Sequence record: NC_049851.1
Direction: 5' to 3' (one strand)
DNA: 64,000 nt
Each line of letters opens with the position of its first letter. Position 1 is the stretch's first letter. The notes below the pieces were generated by a model that was not told the origin of the DNA, made no database searches, and was given only the letters and a program-made list of their open reading frames with translations. Made by a program: the position numbers and the translations under genes. This document shows positions 35,061 through 45,205 of the stretch, piece after piece.

Positions 35061-35564
35061 TCAGTCGATCAGGTAGTCGAAGGCCCACGTGATGTTGAGG
35101 GTAACGAGGTTCGAGGCCGAGCCATCGAGTTCCACGTCTGCAACCGAAGCAGGCCACAGGCCGACGACGGTGATGGTGCGGCTCACTTCCGGCAGATCGT
35201 TGTACACCACAAGCTGAGCCGTACACTTGTAGGCGCTTGCAAACGAGCCGCTGTTGTTGAGCCACGAGCGCGTCATTTCGGACCACGCGTAGAACTGCGC
35301 ACGCGTGTTCCAGTCGCTCGATTCCATGAACGTAGTGTTGAACGTGTGTTCGAAGGTCTTGCGGCCCGCGTACACGAGTTCAACGCCGTGCAGTGGGACG
35401 GTCACGCGGTCCATCGAGAAGCCGGGGAGCGCGGTGCTCATGCACTTCCACGTGAGGGCGCGCGTGTCGCTCGAACCCGGGATCGCAGGCAGGAACAAGT
35501 CAAAGTTCCACGACTGCGCCGGGTCAGCTACGGCCTGAACGTCATACAGGCTAGAACGTGCCAT
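35061..35564 (-). CDS. tail tube protein
   Basis: 167 aa, beta-rich, T4 gp19-like pattern (...GLWPASVADVELDGSASNLVTLNITWAFDY); downstream of the sheath gene. Confidence 0.8.
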   Translation of the reverse strand: MARSSLYDVQAVADPAQSWNFDLFLPAIPGSSDTRALTWKCMSTALPGFSMDRVTVPLHGVELVYAGRKTFEHTFNTTFMESSDWNTRAQFYAWSEMTRSWLNNSGSFASAYKCTAQLVVYNDLPEVSRTITVVGLWPASVADVELDGSASNLVTLNITWAFDYLID

Positions 35565-35606
35565 AATTGTACTCCATGTTGAATTGGTTAGGTCTGCACG
35601 ATAAAA

Positions 35607-35960
35607 TTAACCGCCAGAGCCTACGGGCTGCACCGTACGATTCCACAGCGGATCAGGATCAAAACCACCAGACTGCCCAACGGGCAACGGTGTGTCGTCC
35701 ACGGCATCGTCGAACCCGGGGTTCGGTTTCATGTCGTGCTTGATCTGCGTGTTGTTGTACATGCTGTGGTTCAGGTCTTCGGCCATCAGTCGATGCGCTG
35801 CCTTGGTGGGCGCATGTTTCTCTGGGGCCTCGTCGCTGGCGTCGGTTTGCCTTTCGTTGAGATCGTTTTGGTTCTCCGGCCCGTACGAGCGCCCGGGAGC
35901 GATTGTGTCTCCCGGGATCGTGGACGTGGCCAGCAACCTGGTGGCTGCTTCGAGTTTCAT
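35607..35960 (-). CDS. hypothetical late protein (AAxRL motif)
   Basis: ORF between sheath and tube. Confidence 0.7.
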   Translation of the reverse strand: MKLEAATRLLATSTIPGDTIAPGRSYGPENQNDLNERQTDASDEAPEKHAPTKAAHRLMAEDLNHSMYNNTQIKHDMKPNPGFDDAVDDTPLPVGQSGGFDPDPLWNRTVQPVGSGG

Positions 35961-36002
35961 TCGGTGTCCTATTCAAAAACGGGGGCCAAGTGCCCCCGTT
36001 GC

Positions 36003-38000
36003 TTAGCGACCAGCCACCGACGACAGCGCTTCCGTGAACGACACACCCTGCTTGCTGATCACGACCTGCAAGTTGATGATGTGGATCGGGATCACCGGGA
36101 TGATGATGACCGTCACGTTGCGGATACCGCTGTTGAAGTCCTGCGCCGTGTTGTTCGAAGCATCCGACACCACCTTGAAGTCCGAGATACCCCGCGCGTT
36201 CTTGATGGTTTGCAGGTAGTCCGAGCACGACTGCACGATCTGACGACCCGTGAAGTCGTCGTTGGGCTCTTGCAGCGAGTACAGCAGGAACTGATAGAGC
36301 GCAACCTTGATCACGTTCACGATCCGGCGTACCGACAGCCACGACAGCGCGCTCATTTGCGCAGCCAGAGTCTGTTGTTCCCACAGCGCAGTGCCTTGAC
36401 CCACGAACGTCTGCGTGTAGTTGACTTGCGCTTGGAACAGGGCGTCCATCTGGCCTTGGTCGTACGTGTAGCGCGTACCCAGCACGTTGACGATGCCTCG
36501 GTTGAGGCCAGCAATCGAGAACGACGGGTTGGCCACGCGGTCGGTACGGGCGCACAGCGCAGCCGCCCAACCCGAGAACGGCACGTACTGTTGCTTGCCG
36601 TTGATCGTGTCGGCCTCCAAGACATCCGGGCAGAACAGCGCCGAGTACGTCGAGTTCAGGTTCAGTCGCAGGTTGCGATAGTTGATCGCTTGCTGGAACT
36701 GTTGCGAGTTCGACGGAACGTCAAGTAGTGCTACGCAATCGCCACGCTGCTGTGCAAGCGTATCCATTGCCAACTGAACGTCCGGGCTGCTGTGGCCCGA
36801 GTTGAGCAGGATGTTCACCTTGTACAGTTGCTTGTTCGCGAACACGTTCCACGCACCTGCCACTGCGGTCGACAGCGGAGCGGACCCCGAGTTACCCCCA
36901 GCCATTGCCTGCGGGCCGGTGCTCGTGATCACGGGCAGGGGCTGCGCCGGGTCCATCAGCGGCACGTACGAGGTGACGCGGATGTACTGCGAGAACGGGT
37001 TGATGGCCTGTTCGAGTTCTGTTTCCAGCCCCGTGCTGTCCGTGTAATCGGTCAGCGAGCACGTGAATTGCTCAACCGGGTACTGGTCACTGCGGCTCTG
37101 CAAGAAGACCGAGACACCGAATGTCGGGGGCGCGGCTGCTGCCTTCGACGGGTCGGTGATCGGCGGTTGCGTCGTGTCCGGAACAATCGAACCGTCGTCC
37201 GTGAACGTGATGTAGCTGTCGCCAGACTGCCCGACAGTGATCATGTAGCCCATGTTGTTGGCACCTTGCGTGCGGCCGTACACCTTGTAGCCTTGCGCGC
37301 CAGCAACGGGTTTCCAGTTCAGCACCACCTTGTTGGTGTTGGTGCCACCGGTCGCGATGACGATGGTCTGCGCCGACGACGCGACAGTTTCACCGTTGGG
37401 GCCGATGGTCGACACCTGATATTGGTACGTTCCAGCGGGCAGGATGCCGCCCGTGGTAGCCGACGAGATCGGGAGCGTCGGGTCCGGAGCAACCGGCCAT
37501 GCTGGAGCGGCCAACGCGCTGCTGCGGATCGCTACCATGTAGTCGTCCGCGTACGAACCCTGACCCTGACCCGGATAGAACAGGGCGATAGGGCGACGTG
37601 CTGTCGGTGCATACGTGCTCTTCAGCACGTCCCAACTTGGGATCGTCGGGTCCACGATGCCGCCCGTAATCGAAACGAGCTTCGTGCTACCGTCTTGCGC
37701 CTCGTAGGCCATGACCGCCGAGTACAGTGCGCCCGCGCCTGCAACACGGAGGGCCCAAAGCTGGCTGCCCTCCTTGAAGTAGTCGAGGCCGCAGTACACG
37801 TCGAACGAGATTTGCGCGTTCGGGTTGCCGTAGGCTGCGAGGTAGTCTTGTGCGTTCGTGTAGAGGACCGGCTTCGTCGTATCACCCTTGTTCGACACGA
37901 TGATCTGGGCGGCAACCGAAGTCGACGCCGCAGTGATCACCTGCGACAAGTTGATTTCTTGGACGATGACCTTGGAACCTTGATTTGCGGAAATCGGCAT
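36003..38000 (-). CDS. contractile tail sheath protein
   Basis: 665 aa; C-terminal sheath domain (SFSIAGLNRG...WEQQTL...LSVRRIVNVIK...IHIINLQVVI). Confidence 0.9.
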   Translation of the reverse strand: MPISANQGSKVIVQEINLSQVITAASTSVAAQIIVSNKGDTTKPVLYTNAQDYLAAYGNPNAQISFDVYCGLDYFKEGSQLWALRVAGAGALYSAVMAYEAQDGSTKLVSITGGIVDPTIPSWDVLKSTYAPTARRPIALFYPGQGQGSYADDYMVAIRSSALAAPAWPVAPDPTLPISSATTGGILPAGTYQYQVSTIGPNGETVASSAQTIVIATGGTNTNKVVLNWKPVAGAQGYKVYGRTQGANNMGYMITVGQSGDSYITFTDDGSIVPDTTQPPITDPSKAAAAPPTFGVSVFLQSRSDQYPVEQFTCSLTDYTDSTGLETELEQAINPFSQYIRVTSYVPLMDPAQPLPVITSTGPQAMAGGNSGSAPLSTAVAGAWNVFANKQLYKVNILLNSGHSSPDVQLAMDTLAQQRGDCVALLDVPSNSQQFQQAINYRNLRLNLNSTYSALFCPDVLEADTINGKQQYVPFSGWAAALCARTDRVANPSFSIAGLNRGIVNVLGTRYTYDQGQMDALFQAQVNYTQTFVGQGTALWEQQTLAAQMSALSWLSVRRIVNVIKVALYQFLLYSLQEPNDDFTGRQIVQSCSDYLQTIKNARGISDFKVVSDASNNTAQDFNSGIRNVTVIIIPVIPIHIINLQVVISKQGVSFTEALSSVAGR

Positions 38001-38002
38001 GA

Positions 38003-38248
38003 TTACTCCTTGGTCAGTTGCGGAGCCGCCTTATCAGCGGGCTTCGCGATTTCGATTGCCGGTTCCGGGACCGACACCTGAACGCAACCCGGGTTCAGGG
38101 CGCACCAACGCGCACACACCGTGTAGCCGTCCGGCAGATCAACATAGCGGCGGGCCATGATGCGCACGGAGCCTGCTGCTTTGCCTGCCGTGTCCACCAA
38201 ATCCACCTGCTGCGGAATCCGGCTGATGTTATTCACTTTCGTAGCCAT
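38003..38248 (-). CDS. hypothetical late protein
   Basis: ORF directly upstream of the sheath gene. Confidence 0.7.
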   Translation of the reverse strand: MATKVNNISRIPQQVDLVDTAGKAAGSVRIMARRYVDLPDGYTVCARWCALNPGCVQVSVPEPAIEIAKPADKAAPQLTKE

Positions 38249-38279
38249 AAGGGCTCCTTAACTTTTAGCTTGTTCTTCA

Positions 38280-38981
38280 CTAACTGCGATCTGGGAACGC
38301 GAGAAACTGCGTGCCGCCAAGGCGCTCACCAGCTTGCAACTTCGGCTCGTGCACGACGGGAATGCCGTCGTCGTTCAGCACATTGATGGTGTTGATGACG
38401 CCTATCTCGCCCAACACGGGTTCACTCGAATAGCCATGGATCGTGGCGCTTACCACAACACCAAATGCAGTTTCGGTTTCCGTCACGTTCCCTAGCGATG
38501 GCGTAGTGATGCTCGAATCCAGAGTGACGCCAACACCGAACTTCAGGCGTCCGTATTGAACGCTTGACTTCAGATAGCCACCACGCCGGGCCAGCAACCA
38601 ACGCCGGGCGAACGCCATAACCGAGCCTTGCTCTACCGATTGGAACTGGTTCGTGACATACGTGATCTCGATCTCGAAATCCGTTGGGATCACGCGGACC
38701 GTTTGTACGGTCGACCCCGAGTTCACGTTCACGAACATGCCACGGCGCATCAGGTTGTGCGGGTTGTAGGACTCCGTATTTTCCGAGACCTTCTTGACCT
38801 CGAAGAAAGCATACGGATAACTGAAGTTCTTGTTGCCCTTACCGAACAGGCGCTCCATAACCACGGCCTTGTCATTCGAGTTTACGAACGCGGTCTTGGC
38901 GCAGTCGAACGTCTGCTGGAAGCGCTGCTGAAACCCTGCGAACACGAGGTAGTCGATGGGTTCTATTGTTGTTGATGCCAT
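38280..38981 (-). CDS. putative tail completion/terminator protein
   Basis: position before the sheath gene; size and beta pattern; GGAGG RBS. Confidence 0.5.
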   Translation of the reverse strand: MASTTIEPIDYLVFAGFQQRFQQTFDCAKTAFVNSNDKAVVMERLFGKGNKNFSYPYAFFEVKKVSENTESYNPHNLMRRGMFVNVNSGSTVQTVRVIPTDFEIEITYVTNQFQSVEQGSVMAFARRWLLARRGGYLKSSVQYGRLKFGVGVTLDSSITTPSLGNVTETETAFGVVVSATIHGYSSEPVLGEIGVINTINVLNDDGIPVVHEPKLQAGERLGGTQFLAFPDRS

Positions 38982-39000
38982 GCTGGCCTCCAGATACGAC

Positions 39001-39034
39001 AAAAGCCCGACGGCTTGAAGACCGACGGGCTTTT
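39001..39034. terminator. bidirectional intrinsic terminator after the capsid unit
   Basis: AAAAGCCCG...CGGGCTTTT. Confidence 0.75.
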
Positions 39035-39037
39035 GGG

Positions 39038-39391
39038 TTACTTCTGCACCAGAGCGGCCAGAGTCGCTTGGAATTCAGCGGCGTCCGCGTCGGTGGCCGA
39101 AGCTTCCGCGTGGCCTGCCTCGTCGTCCAGACCGAGTTCTGCGCGGTCAGCGCCGAGCGCTGCGAGCACGCGGTTTTCCGGGTTCGCGGCAGCTTCTGCC
39201 TTCACACGGTCCCGTTCTGCCTGCGCCGTTGCGTAGGCGTGGCCGTTCGAAGCTTCGATGATTGCCAGAGCGCGGGTTGCGTCCGGAGCCGTGCACGCGT
39301 CTTGGAAGAACTTCGCAGCGGTCTTGATGCGACCCTTCTGCATGTTGTCCATAGCCAGTGCAACGAAATCGAGCGAGCGATTGTAGTTCAT
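39038..39391 (-). CDS. hypothetical head-associated protein
   Basis: AGGAG RBS; follows the capsid gene. Confidence 0.7.
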   Translation of the reverse strand: MNYNRSLDFVALAMDNMQKGRIKTAAKFFQDACTAPDATRALAIIEASNGHAYATAQAERDRVKAEAAANPENRVLAALGADRAELGLDDEAGHAEASATDADAAEFQATLAALVQK

Positions 39392-39453
39392 TGCGTTCTC
39401 CTGAATGTTGTCCGATGTCTAAGTCAGAACCCGGGCGAACCCGGGCTCAGCGT

Positions 39454-40542
39454 TTAGACGCGCAGGCCAGCAGCCACCGAACGCGAGTTCGCGACCGAGA
39501 TAGCCAGCGACTCGAACATCACCCAGCCGCGACCCGGCACCTTCTCGATGCTGATGTCGATCGGCTGCGATTGCAGGCCGCCGCGATCCGAGTACGCACC
39601 GTGGTTCAGCGCGTCCGAGATCACGAAGAACTCGCCTTGATCCAGCACCTTGTGCTCGCGGTGACGGTACGCGTCCGACGTGATCGCGCAGCCGTACAGC
39701 GTACCGAGTTCACCGGTCAGCAGGAGTTCGTGACGCGCAACCGGGTCGATTGCCGTGAAGAAGTCCGAGTTGCCGATGATGTCCTGATACAGGTCCGACG
39801 CCATCAGAACGTGCGGTGCCTTCAGGCCCCAGCGCGTGACGTTCGTCATCACTTGCGCGAACGTGTACGGCGTGAGTTGGCCGCTGATGATCGAGAGCGG
39901 GTTGTCCACACCGATCAGTGCCTTGACCTGCGAATACCACAGACGGTCTTCACCGACCATGATTGCTTCGGTCGCTTCGACGTACTTCTCTTGCAGCACG
40001 TCACCGGCCGACTGGTTCAGTTCGTTCTGCGGAATGAACGGTCGCGTGACCAGTTGCAGTTCCGGCGGCGTGAACCACTTGTCGCGCGTGATCTGCGCCT
40101 GAATCTTCGTCGGGCTCGTCGAGTAGACGGCCGTCACGTTCTTCGTGCGCAGCGGGAAGCGAACGATTGCGCCTTGCTCCACGTCGATACGCGTCAGGTA
40201 CTTCCGTGCGAAGCCCTGACGGTTACACGTGATGTACAGCGAGTCGGCCATACGCTCGCCCAGCACGCGGTGCGCTTCGCTGTCGTTGAACGCAGCCTGC
40301 ACCAGTTCCTTGCTGATCTTCGCGCCTTGCTCTGCCGACGCGAACACTGCGTCGCTGGCGGTTTCACCGCGCGAGCTTGCTGCCAGAAACTCCATCTGGC
40401 GGTTCATGAGTTCGCGCTTGCTGCCCGCGTTCAGTTCACCGTTGTGGCCGACAGCGCGCTCGTTCGAGCCTTCGAAACGAAATTCGGAAGCTGCGACCAT
40501 GGGCTTCTTCGTCGCAGTCACTTGGATTTTGTTGGTACGCAT
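39454..40542 (-). CDS. major capsid protein (HK97 fold)
   Basis: 362 aa with highly biased codon use; follows protease, scaffold and head accessory genes; capsid-like C-terminal pattern. Confidence 0.8.
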   Translation of the reverse strand: MRTNKIQVTATKKPMVAASEFRFEGSNERAVGHNGELNAGSKRELMNRQMEFLAASSRGETASDAVFASAEQGAKISKELVQAAFNDSEAHRVLGERMADSLYITCNRQGFARKYLTRIDVEQGAIVRFPLRTKNVTAVYSTSPTKIQAQITRDKWFTPPELQLVTRPFIPQNELNQSAGDVLQEKYVEATEAIMVGEDRLWYSQVKALIGVDNPLSIISGQLTPYTFAQVMTNVTRWGLKAPHVLMASDLYQDIIGNSDFFTAIDPVARHELLLTGELGTLYGCAITSDAYRHREHKVLDQGEFFVISDALNHGAYSDRGGLQSQPIDISIEKVPGRGWVMFESLAISVANSRSVAAGLRV

Positions 40543-40637
40543 ATGTTACTCCGTGTTGGTTGGGAGTCCCCGGCTTCGAGGACTCCTGAATTCATGTCGT
40601 TAGGACTGAATTAAAATTACCGATTGTGCGTCGCTGC

Positions 40638-41348
40638 TTAGTGAGCGTCGAACGACAGGCCGAGGAACGGAATGTCCGAACCCGGAACCGACAGGACGTA
40701 TGCGCCCGGAATCGGCGTGCCTGCGGGAGTCGTTGCAGCCGGGTCACCCATCGTGACTTGGCCGCCTGCGCCCATCAGGATCGTGTGTGCGGCGTCGCTG
40801 CCAGCGGCTTGCCAGTTCTGCGAAGCGTCGAACTGCGAGGTGAACACCGTACCGCGCGTGATCACGCCGATCTGGCCGATGTAGTCACCGATGTAGCCGC
40901 CCGGCTGCACGTCACCGAACAGCACGCGACGCTGCACTGCGGTCAGCGCGTACTTGTAGGTGACGGTCACCGTGTTGCCCGGCGTCAGGCCCGTGATCGA
41001 ATCGACAGCCAGCGTCGTGCCGGTTGCGGGTGCGTTTGCCGTCACGTCGAACGCGAAGTACTCCGTGTTGCTGATCGGTGCGAGCGACAGTTTGACCTTG
41101 CCGGTTGCCGGGACCAAGAAGGTCTCGACCTTGTTGTACGTCGGTTCCGGGAACGGTGCAGCCGACGTGCCTGCGAATGCGAAGCCACAGAACAGGTCCG
41201 TTGCTTGGCCGGTCGACGGGAACACGCCGTTGGCGGTATTGCCCTTGGCGCGTGCGACCACTTGGCCTTCAGCCGTGAACACCGATTGCGGCGCGACGTT
41301 CATTTCCGTGCTTTGCTCGATCTTGGTAGCGGGCAGGTAAAAAGACAT
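40638..41348 (-). CDS. head accessory/decoration-type structural protein
   Basis: 236 aa, Thr/Ala/Gly-rich; between scaffold and capsid genes. Confidence 0.55.
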   Translation of the reverse strand: MSFYLPATKIEQSTEMNVAPQSVFTAEGQVVARAKGNTANGVFPSTGQATDLFCGFAFAGTSAAPFPEPTYNKVETFLVPATGKVKLSLAPISNTEYFAFDVTANAPATGTTLAVDSITGLTPGNTVTVTYKYALTAVQRRVLFGDVQPGGYIGDYIGQIGVITRGTVFTSQFDASQNWQAAGSDAAHTILMGAGGQVTMGDPAATTPAGTPIPGAYVLSVPGSDIPFLGLSFDAH

Positions 41349-41439
41349 GTGTTTTCTCCAGTTGAGATTTAGGCAGTAGAACTGACTTTTTCCTTTATTC
41401 GTCAGTTCTACTGTTCCCTTTTAAATTAGGGAAGGTGGA

Positions 41440-43146
41440 TTACATACCGAACGGCAGTGCAGCTTCACCCGAGAGGATTGCTGCTGCGGTGACCGACATG
41501 CCGCCACGACGCGAAGCCGTCGTTGCTTGGCGGCGGGGCGACGCGTAGCCCGGGCGTGCCGAGAACAGCGCAGCCTTCACCGAGGTCGGTGCGCGCGAAT
41601 CTTCTTCGAACTGGTCGACGAATTCCGGACCGCCATCGCATGCTGCCGCGTCGGTTTCGTGATCGTCTTCGTCCTCGTCCATGCCCTCGTCATCGCCCAG
41701 CATGTTCAGTGCCGTGACGTGCGAATTGCGGACTTCGACCGGGAGTTCACGCAGTTGCGAGGCAATCGTCAGAATCGCCTTCGCGTAGTCGACGCCTGCG
41801 CTTGCGAACACACGACGGATCAGCTTCTCGGCACCGCGCACGCCCGCAGCCGAGAACTCGGCTTCCAGCGATGCACGCAGTTCGTTGCGAACGTCCTTGA
41901 AGTAGCCAGCGCGGTTGATACCGACAGCCGCGATTGCCATACACTGGTCCATCGCCTCGTCTTGCGCTTGCGCTTCGGCGCGCAGGCCAGCCGTCAGCTT
42001 CAGGGCCTTGGCTTCGACGCGCTTGTTCAGCACGTCAGCCTTGCCCAGATTAACGGTTGCGAGAACGAAGCCCATGCCCTTCAGACCGGCACGCAGACCG
42101 TGCTTTTCCATTTCGCTGGCCGTGACCGATGCGAAGTTGTCCGAAAGATACATCTTGTCGACACCGGCCTTGACTGCTTGGCGCTGCGACAGGTTTGCGA
42201 TCACGCGCGGGCCCTTGAGAACGCGCACGTCGGTGCCCACGTTTGCGAACACCACGTCGTCCACGTCGTCGTCCGGCACACCGTCGATGTCGACGAGCGG
42301 CATTTCTTCTTCGGCCGGTGCGTTCTGGAGGATTTCGTCGTCCGTCACCGTGTCCAGTGCCGGAGTCGTCACACCCGGTTCGTCTTCAGCGTCTTCGAAC
42401 GTGTCGACATCGGCAACTGCGCCCGGTTCGAGCATCAGCGATTGTTCGGTAGCGCCTGCACCCGGTTCGAGTTCCGCACCCGAATCGGCGTTCGGAAGCA
42501 CCGGAGCGGTGCCCGGTTCTGCGCCGTCGGTAGGGGTTTCGCCCGTCGTGATGTAGCCGTCTGCCGGATCGATGTCGTTCGGCATCGTCTGCGTCGACTG
42601 CTGGCCGACTTCACCGGTCTCGTGGGCACGACGCGAAGCCAAGCCATCGCCTGCGGCCTCGACGCCCGAATCCGTGTGCGTGTCTTCCGACGCGTCCGGA
42701 TCGTTGTGGATCGCGGGGCCTGCGGGAGCCTCGTCGTTGCGCAGTTCGTCAGCGATGTTCGGGCTCTGGTCTTCGAAACCGGCCTCGGTCGGAACCTTGG
42801 GCTTCGATTGCGGTGCCAGCTTGACTTCGCCCGGATGCTTCTTCGGCTTGTCGAGCGCCTTGCCCGGTTCGACCTTCGGGCCGCCTTCGTCAGCAGCCGC
42901 CGTGGTCTTGCCGCCGTTCATGCGGTTTGTCTTTTCCGAGAACTTCGTGTCGTTGTTGAAGTGCGTCGAACCGCCCGGCTCTTCGCCCGGCTCGTGCAGC
43001 ATTTCAGCCTTCGTCGAACCGTGACGCAGTTTCACTTCCGAGGTCTCGGCCGCTTTCGTCGTTTCGTTCGGGAAGTGGAGCGAGGTGGAAGCCGCGTTTT
43101 CGCGAGCAGCCACGACTTGTTCCTTTTCTTTCGTCAGGATTGCCAT
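41440..43146 (-). CDS. prohead scaffold/core protein
   Basis: 568 aa, very acidic low-complexity N-terminal half and helical C-terminal half; directly after the protease. Confidence 0.6.
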   Translation of the reverse strand: MAILTKEKEQVVAARENAASTSLHFPNETTKAAETSEVKLRHGSTKAEMLHEPGEEPGGSTHFNNDTKFSEKTNRMNGGKTTAAADEGGPKVEPGKALDKPKKHPGEVKLAPQSKPKVPTEAGFEDQSPNIADELRNDEAPAGPAIHNDPDASEDTHTDSGVEAAGDGLASRRAHETGEVGQQSTQTMPNDIDPADGYITTGETPTDGAEPGTAPVLPNADSGAELEPGAGATEQSLMLEPGAVADVDTFEDAEDEPGVTTPALDTVTDDEILQNAPAEEEMPLVDIDGVPDDDVDDVVFANVGTDVRVLKGPRVIANLSQRQAVKAGVDKMYLSDNFASVTASEMEKHGLRAGLKGMGFVLATVNLGKADVLNKRVEAKALKLTAGLRAEAQAQDEAMDQCMAIAAVGINRAGYFKDVRNELRASLEAEFSAAGVRGAEKLIRRVFASAGVDYAKAILTIASQLRELPVEVRNSHVTALNMLGDDEGMDEDEDDHETDAAACDGGPEFVDQFEEDSRAPTSVKAALFSARPGYASPRRQATTASRRGGMSVTAAAILSGEAALPFGM

Positions 43147-43276
43147 AAAGGTCCTCTGTTATCTAGGTGGGAGTACGATAAAAATGCCGAATGTGCGAAA
43201 TTCGGTAAGCATCGTCCTACCCACTCGCACACGGTTACACGGCAGTCGGGAGTGCGAAAAATCCGACTGCGCGGTG

Positions 43277-44170
43277 TTACGTTAAAATTGAGTTCTGCGA
43301 ATTGTTACGCGCCACAGAACCAAAATCCACCACGTTGTCCGAAAGTGCCGGTGCCCACGCCGGGTCCTTCACAATCGAACACTCAATCGGCTGAATTCCG
43401 TGAGCATTCAGGAATGCCAAATGAGTAGAGCCGTCGAAATCGCGATATTTCTTCCAGTTCACGTTTTTCGTGCCCGTGATGTGGCCACACGTGTGTCGCG
43501 TAGAGCACGAAGCCCCGCAATAACCGCACGTGAAATACTCGACAAGAGCACCCATCGAGTAGGTGTTGATTTCCTTCGTCAGCACTTTCTGCGCGACATC
43601 CGGATACTTGTTCTTGTCGATGGCCAGTAGCCCCATCACCTTCCACAGCTTCCCGTCACCGTAGCCCTCGACCTTGTGGAACGACGCATCGAGGATGATG
43701 CCGTACGCACGTTCGTGGACTTCGTTGTCGTGTTCTAGGTGGACTGGGCAACCCTTCCACGCCTTATACGACATGCGGTTCGTCGGGGGCGGCAGGAAAC
43801 GCGCGAGTTCATCGCGCGGAAACGCGATACCGTTTCGGTTCGGGATATCGGACGGACACACCAGCGTGTTGACGATGATGTAATCCTCGATGCGCGGGCT
43901 GATCTTGTAGGTTTGTGCTGCGAACGGAAGCCACGTTTCGTAGTCCAGACGAGATACCAATGTCTGGTCCTTCTCTGCGTCCATCGTTTCCTGTGCCACA
44001 CCCACGTTGTCACCACGCCCCGTGCGTATAGCCTCGTGCTGCGCTTCACCGGGATCGATCTCGGGTGCGTGGCGTGGATTCAAGTTCTCGATTTCGTGTG
44101 GAGTCGTAGTGGAGTCCGAACGAACCTGTTGGGGTTTCTTGCCCCATGCGCTTGGCATCATTGGTTTCAT
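43277..44170 (-). CDS. prohead maturation protease
   Basis: PNRNG...PVHLEHD...SMG...CxxC...CxH pattern of phage head proteases; upstream of scaffold and capsid genes. Confidence 0.7.
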   Translation of the reverse strand: MKPMMPSAWGKKPQQVRSDSTTTPHEIENLNPRHAPEIDPGEAQHEAIRTGRGDNVGVAQETMDAEKDQTLVSRLDYETWLPFAAQTYKISPRIEDYIIVNTLVCPSDIPNRNGIAFPRDELARFLPPPTNRMSYKAWKGCPVHLEHDNEVHERAYGIILDASFHKVEGYGDGKLWKVMGLLAIDKNKYPDVAQKVLTKEINTYSMGALVEYFTCGYCGASCSTRHTCGHITGTKNVNWKKYRDFDGSTHLAFLNAHGIQPIECSIVKDPAWAPALSDNVVDFGSVARNNSQNSILT

Positions 44171-44179
44171 ACAGCCTCC

Positions 44180-44590
44180 TTACTTCGCGGCTGCGTAGAA
44201 CTCGGTGCCCGCAGTTGCAAACGTGAGGCGCAGCGCCGAGAACACCGGAATCGTAGCCATCGTGATTGCGCCCGTGCCCGGAACCGTCAACTCGCCTGCG
44301 GTGTCCCAGACAACAGATTCCTGTACAGCAGGGTCCGGGTCGGTTGCGAGACCTGCGTTCGAGAGTGTGAACGCCACTTTCACCGAACCGCCCTTGGCCT
44401 GAAACGCGAACCCCAGTTGGGGCAGTCGCGAATTCGAGGCCAGTTCGGACACCGAAACGTAGGCAACGTCACCGTCCGCTTGCGACGTGGCACCGAACCA
44501 ACCGATAACACCGTCTGGAACCGAAGCCGCGCCAATACCGCGCACACCGTTTCGATACGGTGCGTGATTACCTTGCAGTTTGACCGCCAT
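44180..44590 (-). CDS. putative structural protein
   Basis: 136 aa, beta-rich; AAGGAG RBS. Confidence 0.65.
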   Translation of the reverse strand: MAVKLQGNHAPYRNGVRGIGAASVPDGVIGWFGATSQADGDVAYVSVSELASNSRLPQLGFAFQAKGGSVKVAFTLSNAGLATDPDPAVQESVVWDTAGELTVPGTGAITMATIPVFSALRLTFATAGTEFYAAAK

Positions 44591-44600
44591 GATTCACTCC

Positions 44601-45128
44601 TTATGCTGCGTTGTGCTCGTCGCCTTCAGCAGTGGGTTCGTCAGCAGCTTCGTGCTGCTCTTGTGCCTGCTCCGCGCTCACGTCGTGGGCCGTTTCTGCC
44701 GTAGGTACGTCAGCAGCTTCGGTTTGTTCAGGAGCGTGCGTTTCTTCCGTCGCGTCTGCGCCAGCGCCCGCGTTCGCAGCCGGGTCAGCGTCTACAGCTT
44801 CGGGAGCCACGGCGTCAGCAGCCGGAGGCGCTTCGACAGGTGCAGGTGCCTCGACAGGCGCGGCCACGGGTGCCGGTGCTTCAGCCTCGATAGAGACCGG
44901 TGCAGCGACCGGCTCGGCGTCTGCGGCGGCCGGGTGACCCGGGAACGTGGTGGGCATGCGGCTCGGATACGCGAGACCGCCACCGACTTCGTGCGGCTGC
45001 ATGCCGAAGTACTTCAGCGCGAACATGTGGAGGTGATGGAAGTCCTCGGACAGCATGTGGACGCCTTCGGAAACCGCGAAACCTGCGTCGCGCAGGGCTT
45101 GTTTGATCTTTGCGTAGTCAAAGCTCAT
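44601..45128 (-). CDS. hypothetical protein with an Ala/Pro/Glu low-complexity tail
   Basis: AAGGGG RBS. Confidence 0.7.
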   Translation of the reverse strand: MSFDYAKIKQALRDAGFAVSEGVHMLSEDFHHLHMFALKYFGMQPHEVGGGLAYPSRMPTTFPGHPAAADAEPVAAPVSIEAEAPAPVAAPVEAPAPVEAPPAADAVAPEAVDADPAANAGAGADATEETHAPEQTEAADVPTAETAHDVSAEQAQEQHEAADEPTAEGDEHNAA

Positions 45129-45150
45129 GGGCTTTTCCCCTTAGAAAATG

Positions 45151-45183
45151 AAAAAACGGCAGACAAGTTTCCCTGTCTGCCGT
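45151..45183 (-). terminator. intrinsic terminator
   Basis: ACGGCAGAC...GTCTGCCGT plus T-tract on the minus strand. Confidence 0.7.
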
Positions 45184-45205
45184 CATGAAATTGCTGATTG
45201 TGTGG

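Noticed and set aside
41527-43428. Long plus-strand ORFs opposite late genes (also 36792..38081, 39358..40614, 52068..53252, 57807..59534)
   Set aside because: These are antisense shadows produced by GC-rich codon bias of the real minus-strand genes. They have no RBS or recognisable motifs.
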